The notes beneath the pieces were generated by a model, which worked only from the letters and a program-made list of their open reading frames with translations, was not told the origin of the DNA and searched no databases. A program made the translations under genes and the position numbers. From Octopus sinensis (Eukaryota), in NCBI RefSeq assembly GCF_006345805.1, contig NC_043010.1:43896001-43960000 (forward strand): a stretch of 64,000 nucleotides of DNA. Reading direction: 5' to 3'. Shown one piece after another: positions 49,468-64,000 of the stretch. The stretch's first letter is position 1. Every line of letters begins with the position of its first letter.

Positions 49468-52400
49468 CTTATTTAAGAATTGCTGTTATATCTCCTTCCT
49501 GTCTCTCTTTACCAACTTATGAGAGTGAGAAAGAACATTCATTATTCTTAATGGAAATACAAAAACTAAAATTTCCACAAAAATCTTAAAGCATTGTTTA
49601 CAAAAAAAAAAAAATCTCCTACTAGACACCTGTTACATTATTTTAGTGTGTGTGTGTGTGTGTGTGTGTCTAACACTGCAAAGCATCTGTCTTTTTGAAG
49701 TCTCTAAGCTGTTCAAGACTATTATATTTTTAGACCAATCACCTGCCCAACTTTTATCTGTTACACCTACTCTTAAGTTTCTTAATTTTATTATATTCCC
49801 AAAATTTCTTAATAATTATCAGAAACTCTGAGAGTTGAATGAATAGTGAGTTTAATTTTCATCCCTTAACAGTATTTTCAATCATAACAGCTTATTCAAA
49901 TTTATCGGTATCTCTTGAGTATCATTTGGTTAAGCACATTTTAGACGTTAGAACAAGGAAGGATTTGACTGAAACAAAAACTTATTTTGCTGCTTTGGTT
50001 GCAGAATTGTGTGTTATGACATGTGTTTAAAATTTTACATTTGAAAATATTAAATAGTTTAATACATGCTGTGGGCCATATTGTAGGATACAAGTGTTTA
50101 ATCGATGGCTGGCTAGAACATCAAATTTTCCCTAGTTTACATTTGAACACCATTTCATTTTGTCATTTAATTAGTATTGTTTGTAAAGATTTCTTACCGT
50201 TTTAATCTATTTGTATAGAAAATTTATCTTAATGACTTTTATTGAATTTTCTGCTTCACTTACATTGCTAATATTCTTAGGATATATATATCTTTAAGAC
50301 CTCAGGCAGGCCAAATATATTATATTACAAAAATATTAATGTTTGACTACATGAAAGCTTGTATGCTATAATGTATTTCTGGTACTATACTTCTTTTAAT
50401 GGTGAAAGACAAAATCATCCCTAGAGGGATTAGAACACAGAGCAATGAGAAACTAACCTTTGCATACTGTAAAACTTCAAAAATGTTTTCCTAATAATTA
50501 TAATTTCTAATGCAGAAGGCCAGAAACTAGAGGGAACAATATCAGAGCTTGACTTATTAATTTCATCAAGCCTGGATGAGTGAAAAAAAAAGAAGTTGAC
50601 TTCGGCAGTTTGAACCAGATCATAAAAGGACCCAACTAAATTGCACAAGATATTTTGTCCATTACACTACCAATTCTGTTAATCCAGTTATAAATGATAA
50701 TTACCATGAGTAATATTTGATTAAATTACCAGAGAAAGGTCTTGCCTAATTGAGTTTGCTTTCAGTTGAAACAACATTAAGAACTTTGCAAATGACCTTA
50801 AAGCCATTATGTATTCCCCTCCTTTGTAAATGTAAGGCTTCAGGCTTATATAAGAAATCATTATTATGAGAAAGTCTAATAGATGGCAAAACTAGTAGAA
50901 CATTGGTCAGATCTAGAGTCAACTTTACCTTTCATCCTTCTAGGGACAACAAAACAAGCAACATTCAAATACTGGTTGATTACATCACCTCACCTTGAAA
51001 TTGTGGCCTTGTTCCAAAGTAACAAAATGCTGTTATGTCTGTGAAGCTGCAGAAGTTGTAACAGACTGAACAAAAAGCTTTGCAGTATTTACTTGGAACT
51101 TTCTGAGTTGAAATTCTGTCATGGTTGACTTCTGCTTTTCATTTACCTGGAGCCAATAGAAGTACCAGTAATATATAAAGATAGAAATTATATTTATTAT
51201 ATCTATTTTATTTGGCATATGTCAATGAGTTTTTTGCATTTGAAATAGGCACTTTAGCTTCAATGTTCAGTTGGAGCAACCTCATTTAATGTCGTAATGT
51301 TCTTTGGCAAGACATGAATACTACACCTCCAACTGTTCATAACCCAATGCTTCAATAAAGAAACCATCATCCTAACACCTACTCTAGTCAGGGCATGCTT
51401 ACTTAGTATATATTTTGAATTGTATAATTCATAGGATATGTAGTGATAGTGATTTTGTTTCGTTGTTTCTAAACATTTGCGAGTTTTGATGTGTATTTTT
51501 TGCTGCAAAGTATTGATTACTTCTAAGCTGTTATTCTAGGACATTAGGACTGTTGTTAATCAGGAATATTTCTTGTCTTTGGAACACTATTTTGGCTATT
51601 TTTCAAGTCAGGTGACAATTTGGCAAGTCTTTAGATGCTTTATTGATTTCACCCCTTTTGGTTGATAACAACTATGGAAAACATTTCAATATTTCATTCC
51701 CTCTTTCTCTCCATTGATAACTGATCATTTTTATTGTTATACATGAGGTATGACTGGATAACTTTTTTTCTGGCTTCTGTGATTGTGTGTAGCTATATCT
51801 ATATGTATGCATTGCTATCACTATATGTGTGCATACATACAGGAATGTATAACAGATGTCTGTCATTTTGACTTTCCTTCAGTCTATGATCATTTTTTCT
51901 TTTTAAAGTGAGAGAGTAGTGTTAAAACTGTAACTTGACAGAATCATAGAACCCAATACCCTGATTTCTTTGATAGTTGGAAATCATACTCCATTTCTGT
52001 TTTCGGTACAGCTGTCGTTCTTGGCTAAACATGGCAGCTTGTATTCCACATTAGTCAGTTAATTTCATTCTGCTTGTCAGCCATTCCTCATTGCTTAGTA
52101 GAAATGAAAACGCCAGGATGATATGTTTAAACCTACTCTGTTTTGTTGGGCAAATAAAAATATCTACCCAATTTACTTAATTTCATATTGTCTGCCTACA
52201 ATAGACTTAAGGACAGATTTTTTTTTTCTATCAGACATTTCTCCGTTATGAAATCAGAGCTATTCACAATCATTTAAAAAAAGCACTTAGAAATATTTAC
52301 TACTTCTCTGAATGCTTTATTTGCACTTAGAGGGACATTAGCTGGAAAGGCTCAGTATCTTTAAGTAAAATAGCAAATTAAGCAGTAGCAGTGATATAAA

Positions 52401-54814
52401 AATGCTCAACTAATTTGATCAAGATGCTTACACTGTTTCTGCTTAACCCTTCTATATTGTACATGCACAATTATATACATACAAGCGTTTTCTGCAACTT
52501 GATAATGCATAACTTTGCTGTATCATTTATTTATGCCACCTTCTTCCTCACTAAACAGTTACCAGAGAGTTAACATTTCTCTTTCCCTTCTCATCCATTT
52601 AATTGTCCTGCATATACAATTGTCATTTTACATTTCCTTCTTCAACTCTTTTGGTTTGATTCTGTAGAAACTACCTCCAGATTTTGTATTGTTTGGTGGC
52701 ATGTCTTTTGACTTCACTCCTTCCCTTTAATATAGGTTCTTAAAATAAACATTATTTTTGATCTCTATATTAAAGAAAATCTTTTAATTCTTAGTCCTTT
52801 GAAAATCTCTGTTTTTTTCTTTCTTTTTTTTTTTTTTTGTCCTTCAATTCTGTCCATTCAGTTCACAGTAATAGCTTGTTTTCAATTGGTGTGTAAGTTT
52901 ATTCTAATTCGTTTCAAATCCATTTTCATTAATGTTTTTGAATATAGTAGTTATCAATATAAAGGAACCATAAGATTCTTTTTTGCTTTATACTTTATCA
53001 TTATTTTTATTATAATGATAAACAAGACTCTGTGGTTTCTTTGTCAAATTTGTATATTTCAAATACTTATATAATTTAATTTTGTAACTGGCAGGAACTT
53101 AACTCATAAAGCAGTGAAAGGTGAATGCCAGAAGAATATGGGCAATATACAGCTATTGTTATACTCTAGTCATCTCCCTTTGGAATTAATCACCACTATA
53201 CAAATGACTTACGCTTCTTTTATTGATCACTGGTCATTCTACATGCTAGGCTATAATTTCAATAGGAAAACAAAAAAGTGAAATGAAAAATGTTCAGATA
53301 GGCTTGTATTTCTATTTTTATATATATATATATGTGCGTGTTTATATTAAAATATTTATTTATTATAACTTAATATAGTCCATCTTTCCAAAGGATACCA
53401 AGTTGACAGAAATAGAGCGCTGGACTAAATTATATTGTTTTGTTCCTTTATATTCCAGGTTCAATTCCCATCTTCTTGACTACTTTCATCTTTCTGAGGT
53501 TGATAAAATAAATACCAGTAAAATACTGTTTTCTATTTACTTTTCATTACAAAATTTGACTTCTTGCCTAATCAAAAGATATGACAGTTTTTTAATCAGT
53601 CCATTTGTGTTTTATTTCCTGAACCTCACACACCTCCTTGTTCTTTTCGTTTTTAATGAATTTCGTTTTGTGATTTAAAAAAAAAAAAAATTCTGTGTAA
53701 ACCAGCATTCGGACAATTCATATTTTTACTTGAGCTTCTGTGACGTTTTTTTTTTTCTTCTTTTTATAACTAAATGGGATTTGAATACCAACACCTTTAA
53801 AAAAAAAATATTTAAAACTACATTTTAGTTTTTTTTTTCTTTGAAATATTTCTGTATTTCTCAGATTTCTAGTTATTCTCTGTCATTATGAAACTAGTTG
53901 TTCATGTATAATTTTTTTAATGTTATTTTATTGTGTGAGATATTTACTAGACCCTGCACCTCCCCTAGAAGAACCAACCCTCTCAATGTTTTTGACAGTC
54001 ATATTGCATTTTATAGTTTTTGTTTATATTTTTTGTTTGTTTTTGATTTTTTTTTTTCAATTTTATTTTGCCAAATAGCTATTTTATATGAAGATAAAAC
54101 ATAACATTGACAAAGGATAACACATAAGAGAAATGCACATGCATGCATACACACATACAAACAAATACAATTATTTTTCCTTTCATTTTTCTCGTATATA
54201 TTATTTTTTTGCAATGTTTTTTGCTAATTTATTCATTCAGTTCTAATTTATACTTGGAAAGAGACCATAAAAATATAATTTGGAATAATAAATATTTAAT
54301 TTATAAAAAAAATTTTTAACTTTTAAACTATAATTTTTCTAAAAACTTGTGAAAAAAAGTTTATAAATTAAAAAAATTGCATCAGTTGATACCCTTGAAA
54401 ATACCCCCAAATTCTATTTTCTTTCCCTTTATCTTTAGTTTATTTTTTTATTCATCTTTTTAATTAACTTATTTATTCAAGTACTGATTTGTCCCTTTTT
54501 TTTATTATTACAATTTTGTTGTTAAATTAAAGGCAAAAACTGTACAAACAATATATTGTTCAACTGGCTTGTCTGTCTTTCGCTAGTTCATGCTAATGAT
54601 GATAATTACAATGATGCTGGTGATGGTTGTGGTGTTGATGCTGATGTCATGCTTATTGATAATGATTGGTCCATTCACATACTGATTTTCAGAGTTACAA
54701 CCCCCCCCCAAAAAAAATTACCCTTCAAAGCAACAAACAATAATAGTCCCCTAGACTGCCTCCTTATACAATTACACAATTGTAATATATATATACTATA
54801 TGTATATGTGTGTG

Positions 54815-54916
<102 letters not shown>

Positions 54917-54926
54917 ATATATATAT

Positions 54927-55217
54927 CAGTGGTGGACTAGCCACATTGCCAGCTTACCTGATGGCTTGTGGGCCACTGGGTTATGGAATCCATATATGGG
55001 GCCCGTTATTATCAAAGGCGCCCATCCCCTCAAGTTTGAGAGATTTTTTTTTTATTCACTACTGCAAGAATACATTAATTATTTCAGCTTGGTTGTGTGT
55101 GTAGACAGTTGAAAAGAATACTTTTAACAAAATAAAAATTAAATCATAGAATTATAGTTCAGGGTGGGCCACCATACTATCTTAGCAACCAATGATTTTA
55201 CACACACTCCACCACTG
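54927..55217. mobile_element. Putative MITE with 10-bp terminal inverted repeats CAGTGGTGGA
   Basis: CAGTGGTGGA at 54927-36; TCCACCACTG at 55208-17; inserted in TA repeats. Confidence 0.5.
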
Positions 55218-55723
55218 TGTATTATATCTATATATATATACTGTACATGTATATATATAAATATACACTGTATATGTATATATATATATATATATATAAA
55301 TATACACTGTATATGTATATAAATATTATACATATATACATATATATACTCTATAAATACTATGTATATATAAATATATATACTCTATAAATACTATGTA
55401 TATATATATATATGCTATATATATAAATATATATACTCTATAAATACTATGTATATATATATATTATATATATGTGTATATATATACTATATGTGTATAT
55501 ATATATATGCTATATATACATATACTATGTGTATCTAATATATATATACTATATATGTAATATATACTATATATATATGTAATATATACTATATATATAT
55601 GCCTATATATACTATATATATATGCTATATATGTAATATATACTATATATATATGCTATATATGTAATATATACTATATATATGCTATATATGTAATATA
55701 TACTATATATGTATAACATATAT

Positions 55724-56070
55724 GGGTGCAGGAGTGGCTGTGTGGTAAGTAACTTGCTTACCAACCACATTATTCTGGGGTCAGTCCCACTGTATAGCGT
55801 CTTGGGCAAGTATTTTCTAGTATAGCCTCGGACCAACCAAAGCCCTGTGAGTAGATTTGATAGAAAGAAGCCCATCGTATATATGTGTGTGTGTTTGTTT
55901 ACCCACCACCACCATCACTTGACAACTGATGCTGGTGTGTTTGTCCCTGTAACTTAGCGGTTCGGCAAAAAGTCCGATAGGATAAGTCCTGGGGTCGATT
56001 TGCTCGACTAAAGGCGGTGCTCTAGCATGGCCTCAGTCAAATGAGTGAAACAAATAAAAGAATAAAAGAA
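55724..56070 (+). mobile_element. tRNA-derived SINE with internal microsatellite and LINE-like tail
   Basis: GGAGTGGCTGTGTGGTAAG head, GGGTCAGTCCC B-box-like motif, tail GCGGTGCTCTAGCATGGCC..TGAAACAAATAAAAGAATAAAAGA. Confidence 0.75.
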
Positions 56071-56153
56071 AAAGGAATCCTTTATATATATATATATATA
56101 TATGTATGCACTACATATATACATTAACATTATATATATGTATGTATGTGTAT

Positions 56154-56189
<36 letters not shown>

Positions 56190-56219
56190 CACACTACATA
56201 TATATACACTATATATATG

Positions 56220-56279
<60 letters not shown>

Positions 56280-56500
56280 CATACACGTATATACACTGTT
56301 TTATTCTTTTACTTGTTGAGCAAATTGACACGGACTCTGCTTCTTTGTAAGCTTAGTAATTAGTCTATCGGTTCTCTTTGCTGAACCGCTAAGTTTCAGG
56401 GTACATATATATATGTATGTGTGTGTATTTTTATGTATGTGTATGTATGTATGTGTGTGTGTATATATATATATAAATGTATATACCATGTGTGTGTGTG

Positions 56501-56554
<54 letters not shown>

Positions 56555-56589
56555 TATACTATGTATACTATATATATATATTGAGATAT

Positions 56590-57570
56590 GCTTGTGTAGT
56601 CACCCTTGCTAGCTACACTGATGATATGACAGTTCTGCAGATAATACAGACCCCTGCAGCAGGAGTTGGAATCTGCTTACAGATGGGCTGAGGACAATAA
56701 TATTTAGTTTAATGCTGGAAAGTTGGAAGTCCTATGTGCAAAACTGAATATAAAGTTTACAGGGTGCCCTGACACATAGTGCATTAGAATCCTGGAATCT
56801 AAATCTGTGCAGGACCTGGGTATCAGCATGTGATGATACTTCTTTACAAGTGCACATGGCTGAGATGGGTACATAGTGCAGACAGTGAGCTTGATGTATC
56901 CTGAGAACCCTCAGAACCATAGAGAAGGAAGCCATGATGGTCCTTTGGAGGACATTCATCCTCAGCTACAAGGACTACTGCTCCAAGCTATGGTCACCCA
57001 ACAGTGTAAAACTGTGAAATTAACAACAGACCTTAAAGCAATCCATTAATGCTTCGCAAAGACGATTGTTTCATTGCAACAGCTCAGCTACTGGGAGAGG
57101 CTGAAACAGCTAAGTCCCTACGTATTGGAGCAAAGGCGAGAGAGATGATATGCAGTAATGTATGTCTGGAAGTTCCTAGAAGAGATTGTGCCAAATTTTG
57201 GCATTAAAAGGTACACAAATGCCAGAATGGGTCACCACTGCACAGTGCTAAAGATCCCAGCAATGCCATCACACTTCAGGACCAGTTACAGCAAATTCCT
57301 GGGTTTCAAGGGCCCACAGCTTTTTAATATTCTCCCAAAGAGCCTCAGAGACCTACACAAATTGGATGTAGATGTTTCCAAATCAAAACAGGATCTCTTC
57401 CTGTCGAGAGTGCCAGATGAACCTACCTCATGGGATGAGATTCAAATGAGGGTAGCGAATTTGAACTCCCTTCTTCACCAAATGCCACATATCAGAGGAG
57501 GCTCTCAATGTAGCAAAACAGCGGTGTGCCAGCATGGCCACAGTTTTGAGCTGAAACTGCTAAAAGATAT
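56590..57570 (+). mobile_element. CR1/L2-like LINE 3' fragment
   Basis: YTDDMTVL (YADD-like) at ~56615; ORF 57158-57760 has ..GPQLFNILPKSLRDL...FLSRVPDEP, typical of CR1-group C-termini. Confidence 0.8.
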
Positions 57571-57690
57571 ATGTTCATTGTATATATATGTATATATACC
57601 TACATATACATATAAGGTATATATAAAAAATTTTTTCCATAATAAGATAAAACAAGGGTGTATAGATTTTAGAACATTTATAGACAGAAG

Positions 57691-57737
57691 GTCTTACAGC
57701 TGTTTCCATGATATTTATTATATCCCTTCATTGAGAC
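57691..57737 (-). ncRNA. Degenerate minimal hammerhead motif (Penelope type)
   Basis: Minus strand GTCT-CAATGA-A-GGGATAT AATAA ATATCAT-G-GAAA-CAGCTGT-A-AGAC: perfect stem I, palindromic stem III, damaged CUGAUGA core. Confidence 0.5.
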
Positions 57738-58234
57738 GGTGTGAGAGGATGGTTAAATAATGGTTAATTTAGATAAGATACAAAATAGAGAGTGAGGTGG
57801 AGGAAAGAAAATAGATGTGAGAGCCTATATGGTATATATATATATATACACTTACCACACAGCCACTCCTGTGCCTGTCACTAGTATAGTATATGTATAT
57901 ATATATATGTAACATACATATATATATATAACATATACATACATATATATATATATAACATATACATACATATATATATAACATATACATACATATATAT
58001 ATAACATATACATATATATATGTATATATAACATATATATATATATCATATACATAAGTATATATATATATATATATAATATATATATATAATGTATATA
58101 TATATTTAGCATATATATGTATTATATATAATGTGTATTTAATATATATATATTATATACTAAATGTTTATATGATATATATATTGTAAATATATACATA
58201 TACCACATATATTACATGTACATATATATTTAGT

Positions 58235-58264
<30 letters not shown>

Positions 58265-58265
<1 letters not shown>

Positions 58266-58405
58266 TAGGTTGTCCCAAAAGTTCGTAAACACTTGCGAAA
58301 ATTGAATTTTTAGTCGCCAAGTACTAACAAAAACAACAAAAATTATTCCTCAAAATAAAGACCATTATTTTGCAAGACTTTCTACGAACTTTTGGGACAA
58401 CTTTA
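58265..58405. mobile_element. Mariner-type MITE (~140 bp)
   Basis: 19-bp perfect TIR core GTTGTCCCAAAAGTTCGTA (58269-87 / 58383-401); terminus TTAGGTTG resembles mariner ends; flanked by TA. Confidence 0.75.
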
Positions 58406-58429
58406 TATATGGCAAATATTTTTTTTTTA

Positions 58430-58640
58430 ATTGTTTCACTCATTTAACTGCAGCCATGCTAGAGCGCCTTCAGTCAAACAAATCAACCCTAGGGCTTATT
58501 CCTTGAAAGCATTGTACTTATTCTATCAGTCTCTTTTGCCAAATTGCTAAATTACAGGGACGTAAACACGCCAGCATCGGTTGTCCAGTATTATTAGGGG
58601 GTGCGGGGTAAACAGAGACACAAATACACACACACACACA

Positions 58641-58702
<62 letters not shown>

Positions 58703-58860
58703 ACAGGCTTCTTTAAGTTTCTGCCTACCAAATCCACTCATAAGGCTTTGGTCAGCCCCAGGCTCTAGTAGACAACACTTGACCAAGATGTCACAGTGGG
58801 ACTGAACCTGGGACCATGCAGTCGGTAAGCAAGCCACTTTCCACATGCCCACTCCTGTAC
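58430..58860 (-). mobile_element. SINE, same family as 55724-56070, opposite orientation
   Basis: Reverse complement shares the head (..CAGGAGTGG), GCTGGCGTGTTTACGTCCCTGTAATTTAGC and the CTCTAGCATGGC tail. Confidence 0.75.
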
Positions 58861-59092
58861 CTATATATATAATATATATTGTATATATATAATGTATATA
58901 GAAAATATTTTATATATATATATAATATATTGTATATATATATACATATATATATATAATATATTGTGTGTATATACATATGTAATATATTGCATATATA
59001 TATATAATATATTATGTATATATGTATATATATATATTTATATATAATATATTATGTATATATGTATATATATATATTTATATATAATATAT

Positions 59093-59128
<36 letters not shown>

Positions 59129-59568
59129 TATAATATATTGTATATATTTATATTTATATATAATATATATATATATGTGATATATGTATTGTTAAAATAT
59201 TCACTTTGCAACTACATGCTTTTAGGTTCAGTTACTGTATTGCACATGTATTTGGCAAATTCTTTTATAACAGCCCTAGGGCAACCAATGTTGCATTAGA
59301 ATATAATTCACATATATAATAATGTGTATATATATTGTTTATAAATATATACATTTGTTTGAGATTAACCGGAGCCGTCATTAGAAGAAATAAAAATTAA
59401 GCAATTATTTTTACAAGAAACATATCAAAATATACTAGATCCAATTCAGTTCATTCTTACGTTGTCACCATCAGCAGGTTTGCATCATTAGTTATATCTC
59501 AACAACAAAGTTATTCACTTTCTAAAATTTCCGAAAATTTTCTCAAGTATGTAGTTTACTGACTCACA

Positions 59569-59614
<46 letters not shown>

Positions 59615-60582
59615 TCACACACACAGACACACACTCTGGGCTTAATATCCAAATGAGATTATTATATATGTGTGTATGTGTGCTTGTACATACATATTTA
59701 TATATATATTTATCAAAATGTTTGAGTCAGTTTGATCTACTACTGATTGTCTCCCTATGACGAACGAACATTACCAACTGTGACAAAAAAAGCCTTACCC
59801 ATACTTTACAACATAGACAATGTGGAGAGGGAAAACTTGAATAGTCAACTATTGGTCTTACATGCAATTTTAGCACACTTATGTGAACACTTTAGTACTT
59901 CCTCACTGTGCTCTACCTATATAGTCAGACAGAAAGCATTTTATGATCTTACAAAACATTCTGATACCCTGGATTAACAAGAAATACTTGTGTATAAGGG
60001 TGATGTATGCATGAGTGTTTGGTTGTTTCCTCTTGGTTTCACAGGGGCACCTCAGAACCTGCACAGACAACAATCGTGTATAAGGGGGTGGGCAGAAAAT
60101 TAGCCAAAAAAATAATCCACTGGCTTTGTATCTTCTAAGACATGTGGAATAAGAGATTCCCTACTTGAAAAACAAGTGTTAGCAACAGGTAGAGCATCTT
60201 GCTGTAAAAGAATGTCTCAAAAATAAATTTGTCTAACCTATCTTAGACTGGAAAAACAGAACTAAGAACAAAAAATATAACAGTTTGTGTGTGTATCTAT
60301 CTATATATATATATATATATATACATACACACACATTCTGTATTTATTTTTTCATTTTACAATTGTTTTCATTGCTAGCATGGGTTAGACAGATATATTA
60401 TTAAGACATTCTTTTACAACCAGAATATCCTTCCTTTTGCTAACCCTTACATGTTTTTCAAGTAAGAAATCTTTTATTTCATGCACCTTTGAAGTGAGAG
60501 GAAGATTCATTTTTGACAGGAGAAATCACATCACCATTTGTAGGGAATGACTTTCATCGAAAGCAAATATAAATAAACACAG

Positions 60583-60618
<36 letters not shown>

Positions 60619-61517
60619 GCAGGGTTATTTTAGTTTCCATCTACCAAATTTACTCACAAAGCTTTTGTTGATATAGGACTATAGTAAGAGACACTTGCAC
60701 AGTAGGACTGAATATTAAAATATTTAATGGGAAAGCAAACTTTGTCACACACCCATGCTTGCACCTATTTCTATATGCAGATAGATAGATACAAACTATA
60801 CTTATGTAAAATAATGTGCATACATAATATATATTATAGTAGTCTATGTAAAAGATGTTTGGGTAATTTCTACTGCCACACTTGACATTGTATAGATAGA
60901 GGGGTAGAAAGTAAAGGACAGATACAGATAGAGCATAATACCAGCAGTATGAGTCCACATACTAGGCTTGGTGGCAGGCAAAGTGTAAAAAAAAGTGCAG
61001 CACATACATATACATAATGAGAGAGAAAGAATCACAGGCCACAGAATAGGGGTTATATAAATGAGAAATTTAATTTCATGTTAAGGTAATAAATATTTTT
61101 AAAAATTTATATTAACACCAAGTAATTTGATAAATGTTAAATTACATTCATTGTATGTATGCTATATTTCTTGATATTACCCTTGGTGGTAGAAGTATAA
61201 TTCCAAAGTTACCTGTCATATGATGGCTGTATAGGTAAATCTTGATTAGGCATTCCATAATTAGCCAAAATACATAACTAATGTGTGTAAAATATACATA
61301 CTTTAAATGCCACATTACTTGAAAAGATTATTGCTATGATAAATATATATATAACTCCATGGAGGTGAATCAGGTAATACTATATATATACACATATGTA
61401 TATGCATGTGTATAGGTATACATGTGTGTATGTATATATAGATATATGCATAGACACACATACATTTACCCATGGACACATGTAAACATACACCCATACA
61501 TATATGCATATATAGCT

Positions 61518-61555
<38 letters not shown>

Positions 61556-62078
61556 GCATTTCTAATATATCTATATATGTCATCATCATTTTTTTCTCGT
61601 TCACTTTTCCAAGCTTGTGTGGGTCAGACAGATTTCATTGAGGTAGATTTTCTACAGCCGGACTCCCGTCCTGTCATCAATTTTCACCTGTTTCCATGCA
61701 AAGTATTTTCTCATAGCTGGATATATTTCCATTAGAAGATTGGAAATGAACAACACTCATATGATGGTGACCGTGTTTACAGCTATCACATGTTGTCAAA
61801 GAAAGAAGACACAAACTCCCACACACAGATGCACACACACACACACACACATAGATACATACATATATGCATATACAATTTTCATCTACTGTTGATATAT
61901 TTCTGTTTTTAACATTATACATCTATAAAAGATGCTTTCTTGAGATGAACACCACAGTTTAGCAGGTTTTCAATGATATATCTGCTTTAAGTCTGATATA
62001 CAGATTTCTATATACATACATATGTGCATGTGTGTGTGTGTACGTACATGTGCATATATATATGTGTGTATACATCTA

Positions 62079-62116
<38 letters not shown>

Positions 62117-64000
62117 GCATACATTTATATGTGTATATATATATATATATATATAATGCATACATTTATATGTGCATGTATATATAAATAGATAGATGAA
62201 TGTATTTTTCCTTGCAGTAACAACAGTCAGACTATATGTTTTCTTGGCTCAGTCATTTTCATTAACCCATTAATTCTCTTCATTGTCTCTCACATGATCC
62301 CTCATATCACCACACTTACAACCCCATTTCATAATCAGCCTCAGCATCAATATCTCACTGCAATCTTTTAATTGCTTTGAACCTTCATAACTTTCCTTTG
62401 TCACTAGTCTCAGTATATTTTGTGAAACCCTTAAAAAGAAAAAGAATCCTTGTTTAATAAATTATTTTAAATCTGTTTAATATTTATGTATGTATGTATG
62501 TCCATCTACTAATGCTGTTACCACTAATAATCTAACCCCTCCACTTCCATTTGACCTGCGTTAGCCATGAACTAGTTTCATTTTGGATATGACCAGGTGA
62601 ATGTATCATAGAAGTAAACTATGAGCAGCTAAGTGTGTATAGCCTGGCCTTAATTTTCTGGATGATGCATAGGTACTTTACTTGGGAAAGGCTTGAATGT
62701 TAATTTTCATTTAATTTTTATCATCCTCTCCATATGCTGAAGTTCAACTTACCTTTTTTTTTCTCCTTATTTAACTTATTTTTATTCCTTTTCTCTGTTG
62801 ATAAAAAAATATTTTGGTTTAGTAAAACTAATAGTAATTCTAATTGATTTGTCTTTAATTTCTTTACATAGAGATTTGTTTATTATCATTAACATTGGTA
62901 ATGTGGCAATCACAAACTGGTACAGCACCAGATGATATGCTATGCTAGTTTTTAGTTTCATGACATTCTGAATTTAAATCCTGCCAACTTTGCCATTTGT
63001 ATTACTATAGTCAATAAAACAAATACCAATTATATCCAGGTTGGATATTGACATTTTGACATTTCCCTTCCCCAAAGCTTCATGCCAAAATTAGAAATAA
63101 TTGTATTGGTATTATTACGAAAAAGCCAGTGAACAATAAAAACAGTAGCGACAAATTAAATGCCTGACAGAATCTAATTACATCTCTTTGTGTTTTGTGT
63201 TCAAATCCCATCAAACCTTGCCTGCCATTCTTTCAAGGCCAATAAATAAGTACCAGCTCAATAATGATCTCGATTTAATTGAGTATACTTTTTCACCATA
63301 ATTTATTAATGTTGTTTCACCATAGCTTGAGCTCTGTTAGAAATTTTATTATTAATACATTACTAAATAACTCTTTTAAAAGAATGAAATAAGTTTTGCT
63401 AATAAACATATAGCCTTTTCTATGTGAATCTAAATTGCTTTACAGATGAAACTGTTAATATAAAAAAAAAGAATAAAACCATATATACATAATATATGTG
63501 TATGTATGTATAGTTCTACATACATGTGTGCGCACAAACACACACAGAGAAAAGTGTAACAGAATATTTTCAAAGACTAAATATTATTAATGCTTCCACC
63601 TCCAATGTTCTGAGATTCCAAACAATTGTATCTTGTGTGATAGATTTATCGTTTCTCTCTATATTTTAATTGGTGGGTTTAAAAGCCTCGACCTTTCTTT
63701 TCTTGCTTATAACTGTTTTATAGGATATTAAATCTTGTCAACCAAATCAAGTGGATGACATGATCTCAGTGAAATTTCTTTTCCCTCCTTTACTCCTAAC
63801 TTTTTGTGTCTTTCGTGTCAACTTCTACTGCTATTTTAATGCCATTTTCAGTCCTTCTTTTACACTAATCATCTGCCTGTATCCTCCTGTCCTTAACTCT
63901 CTGCTTGACCTTCCAATCTCCATCATTATAACTAGTGCATATTTTTGCCATTCTGTGCAGACTAAGCTAACCAATACCATCGCTACCATTTACTAACTTT

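Noticed and set aside
57158-57760. 200-aa ORF as a host gene
   Set aside because: CR1/L2-type LINE C-terminus running into its tail; upstream RT is frameshifted.

Overview
AT-rich eukaryotic genomic DNA, dense in (AT)n/(CA)n microsatellites, tRNA-derived SINEs and RTE/CR1 LINE fragments. The repeat style suggests an octopus (coleoid cephalopod); this is an inference. The window holds the 3' part of one + strand gene, a CPEB2/3/4-subfamily (Drosophila orb2-like) cytoplasmic polyadenylation element-binding protein. Eight exons (8253-8327, 10787-10886, 31326-31508, 32527-32616, 33653-33771, 34434-34548, 35791-35972, 40581-40808) have GT-AG boundaries with compatible phases. They splice to 1092 nt (363 aa + stop) encoding the end of the N-terminal low-complexity region, RRM1, RRM2 and the ZZ zinc finger. 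The N-terminal exon(s) lie upstream of the window. Headline finding: the ~20 kb intron hides a 24-nt, phase 1-1 microexon (18822-18845), missed by the ORF track, encoding ARAYGRRR. This is the apparent counterpart, at the same protein position, of the vertebrate CPEB4 neuronal microexon (ARTYGRRR). Other findings: three minimal hammerhead-ribozyme-like motifs of Penelope type (two in CPEB sense-strand introns), several long near-perfect intronic hairpins (candidate MITEs or ADAR substrates), a young BovB-like RTE fragment, a young SINE with target-site duplication, and a probably multi-kb CPE-rich 3' UTR. Most listed six-frame ORFs are microsatellite or transposon artefacts.
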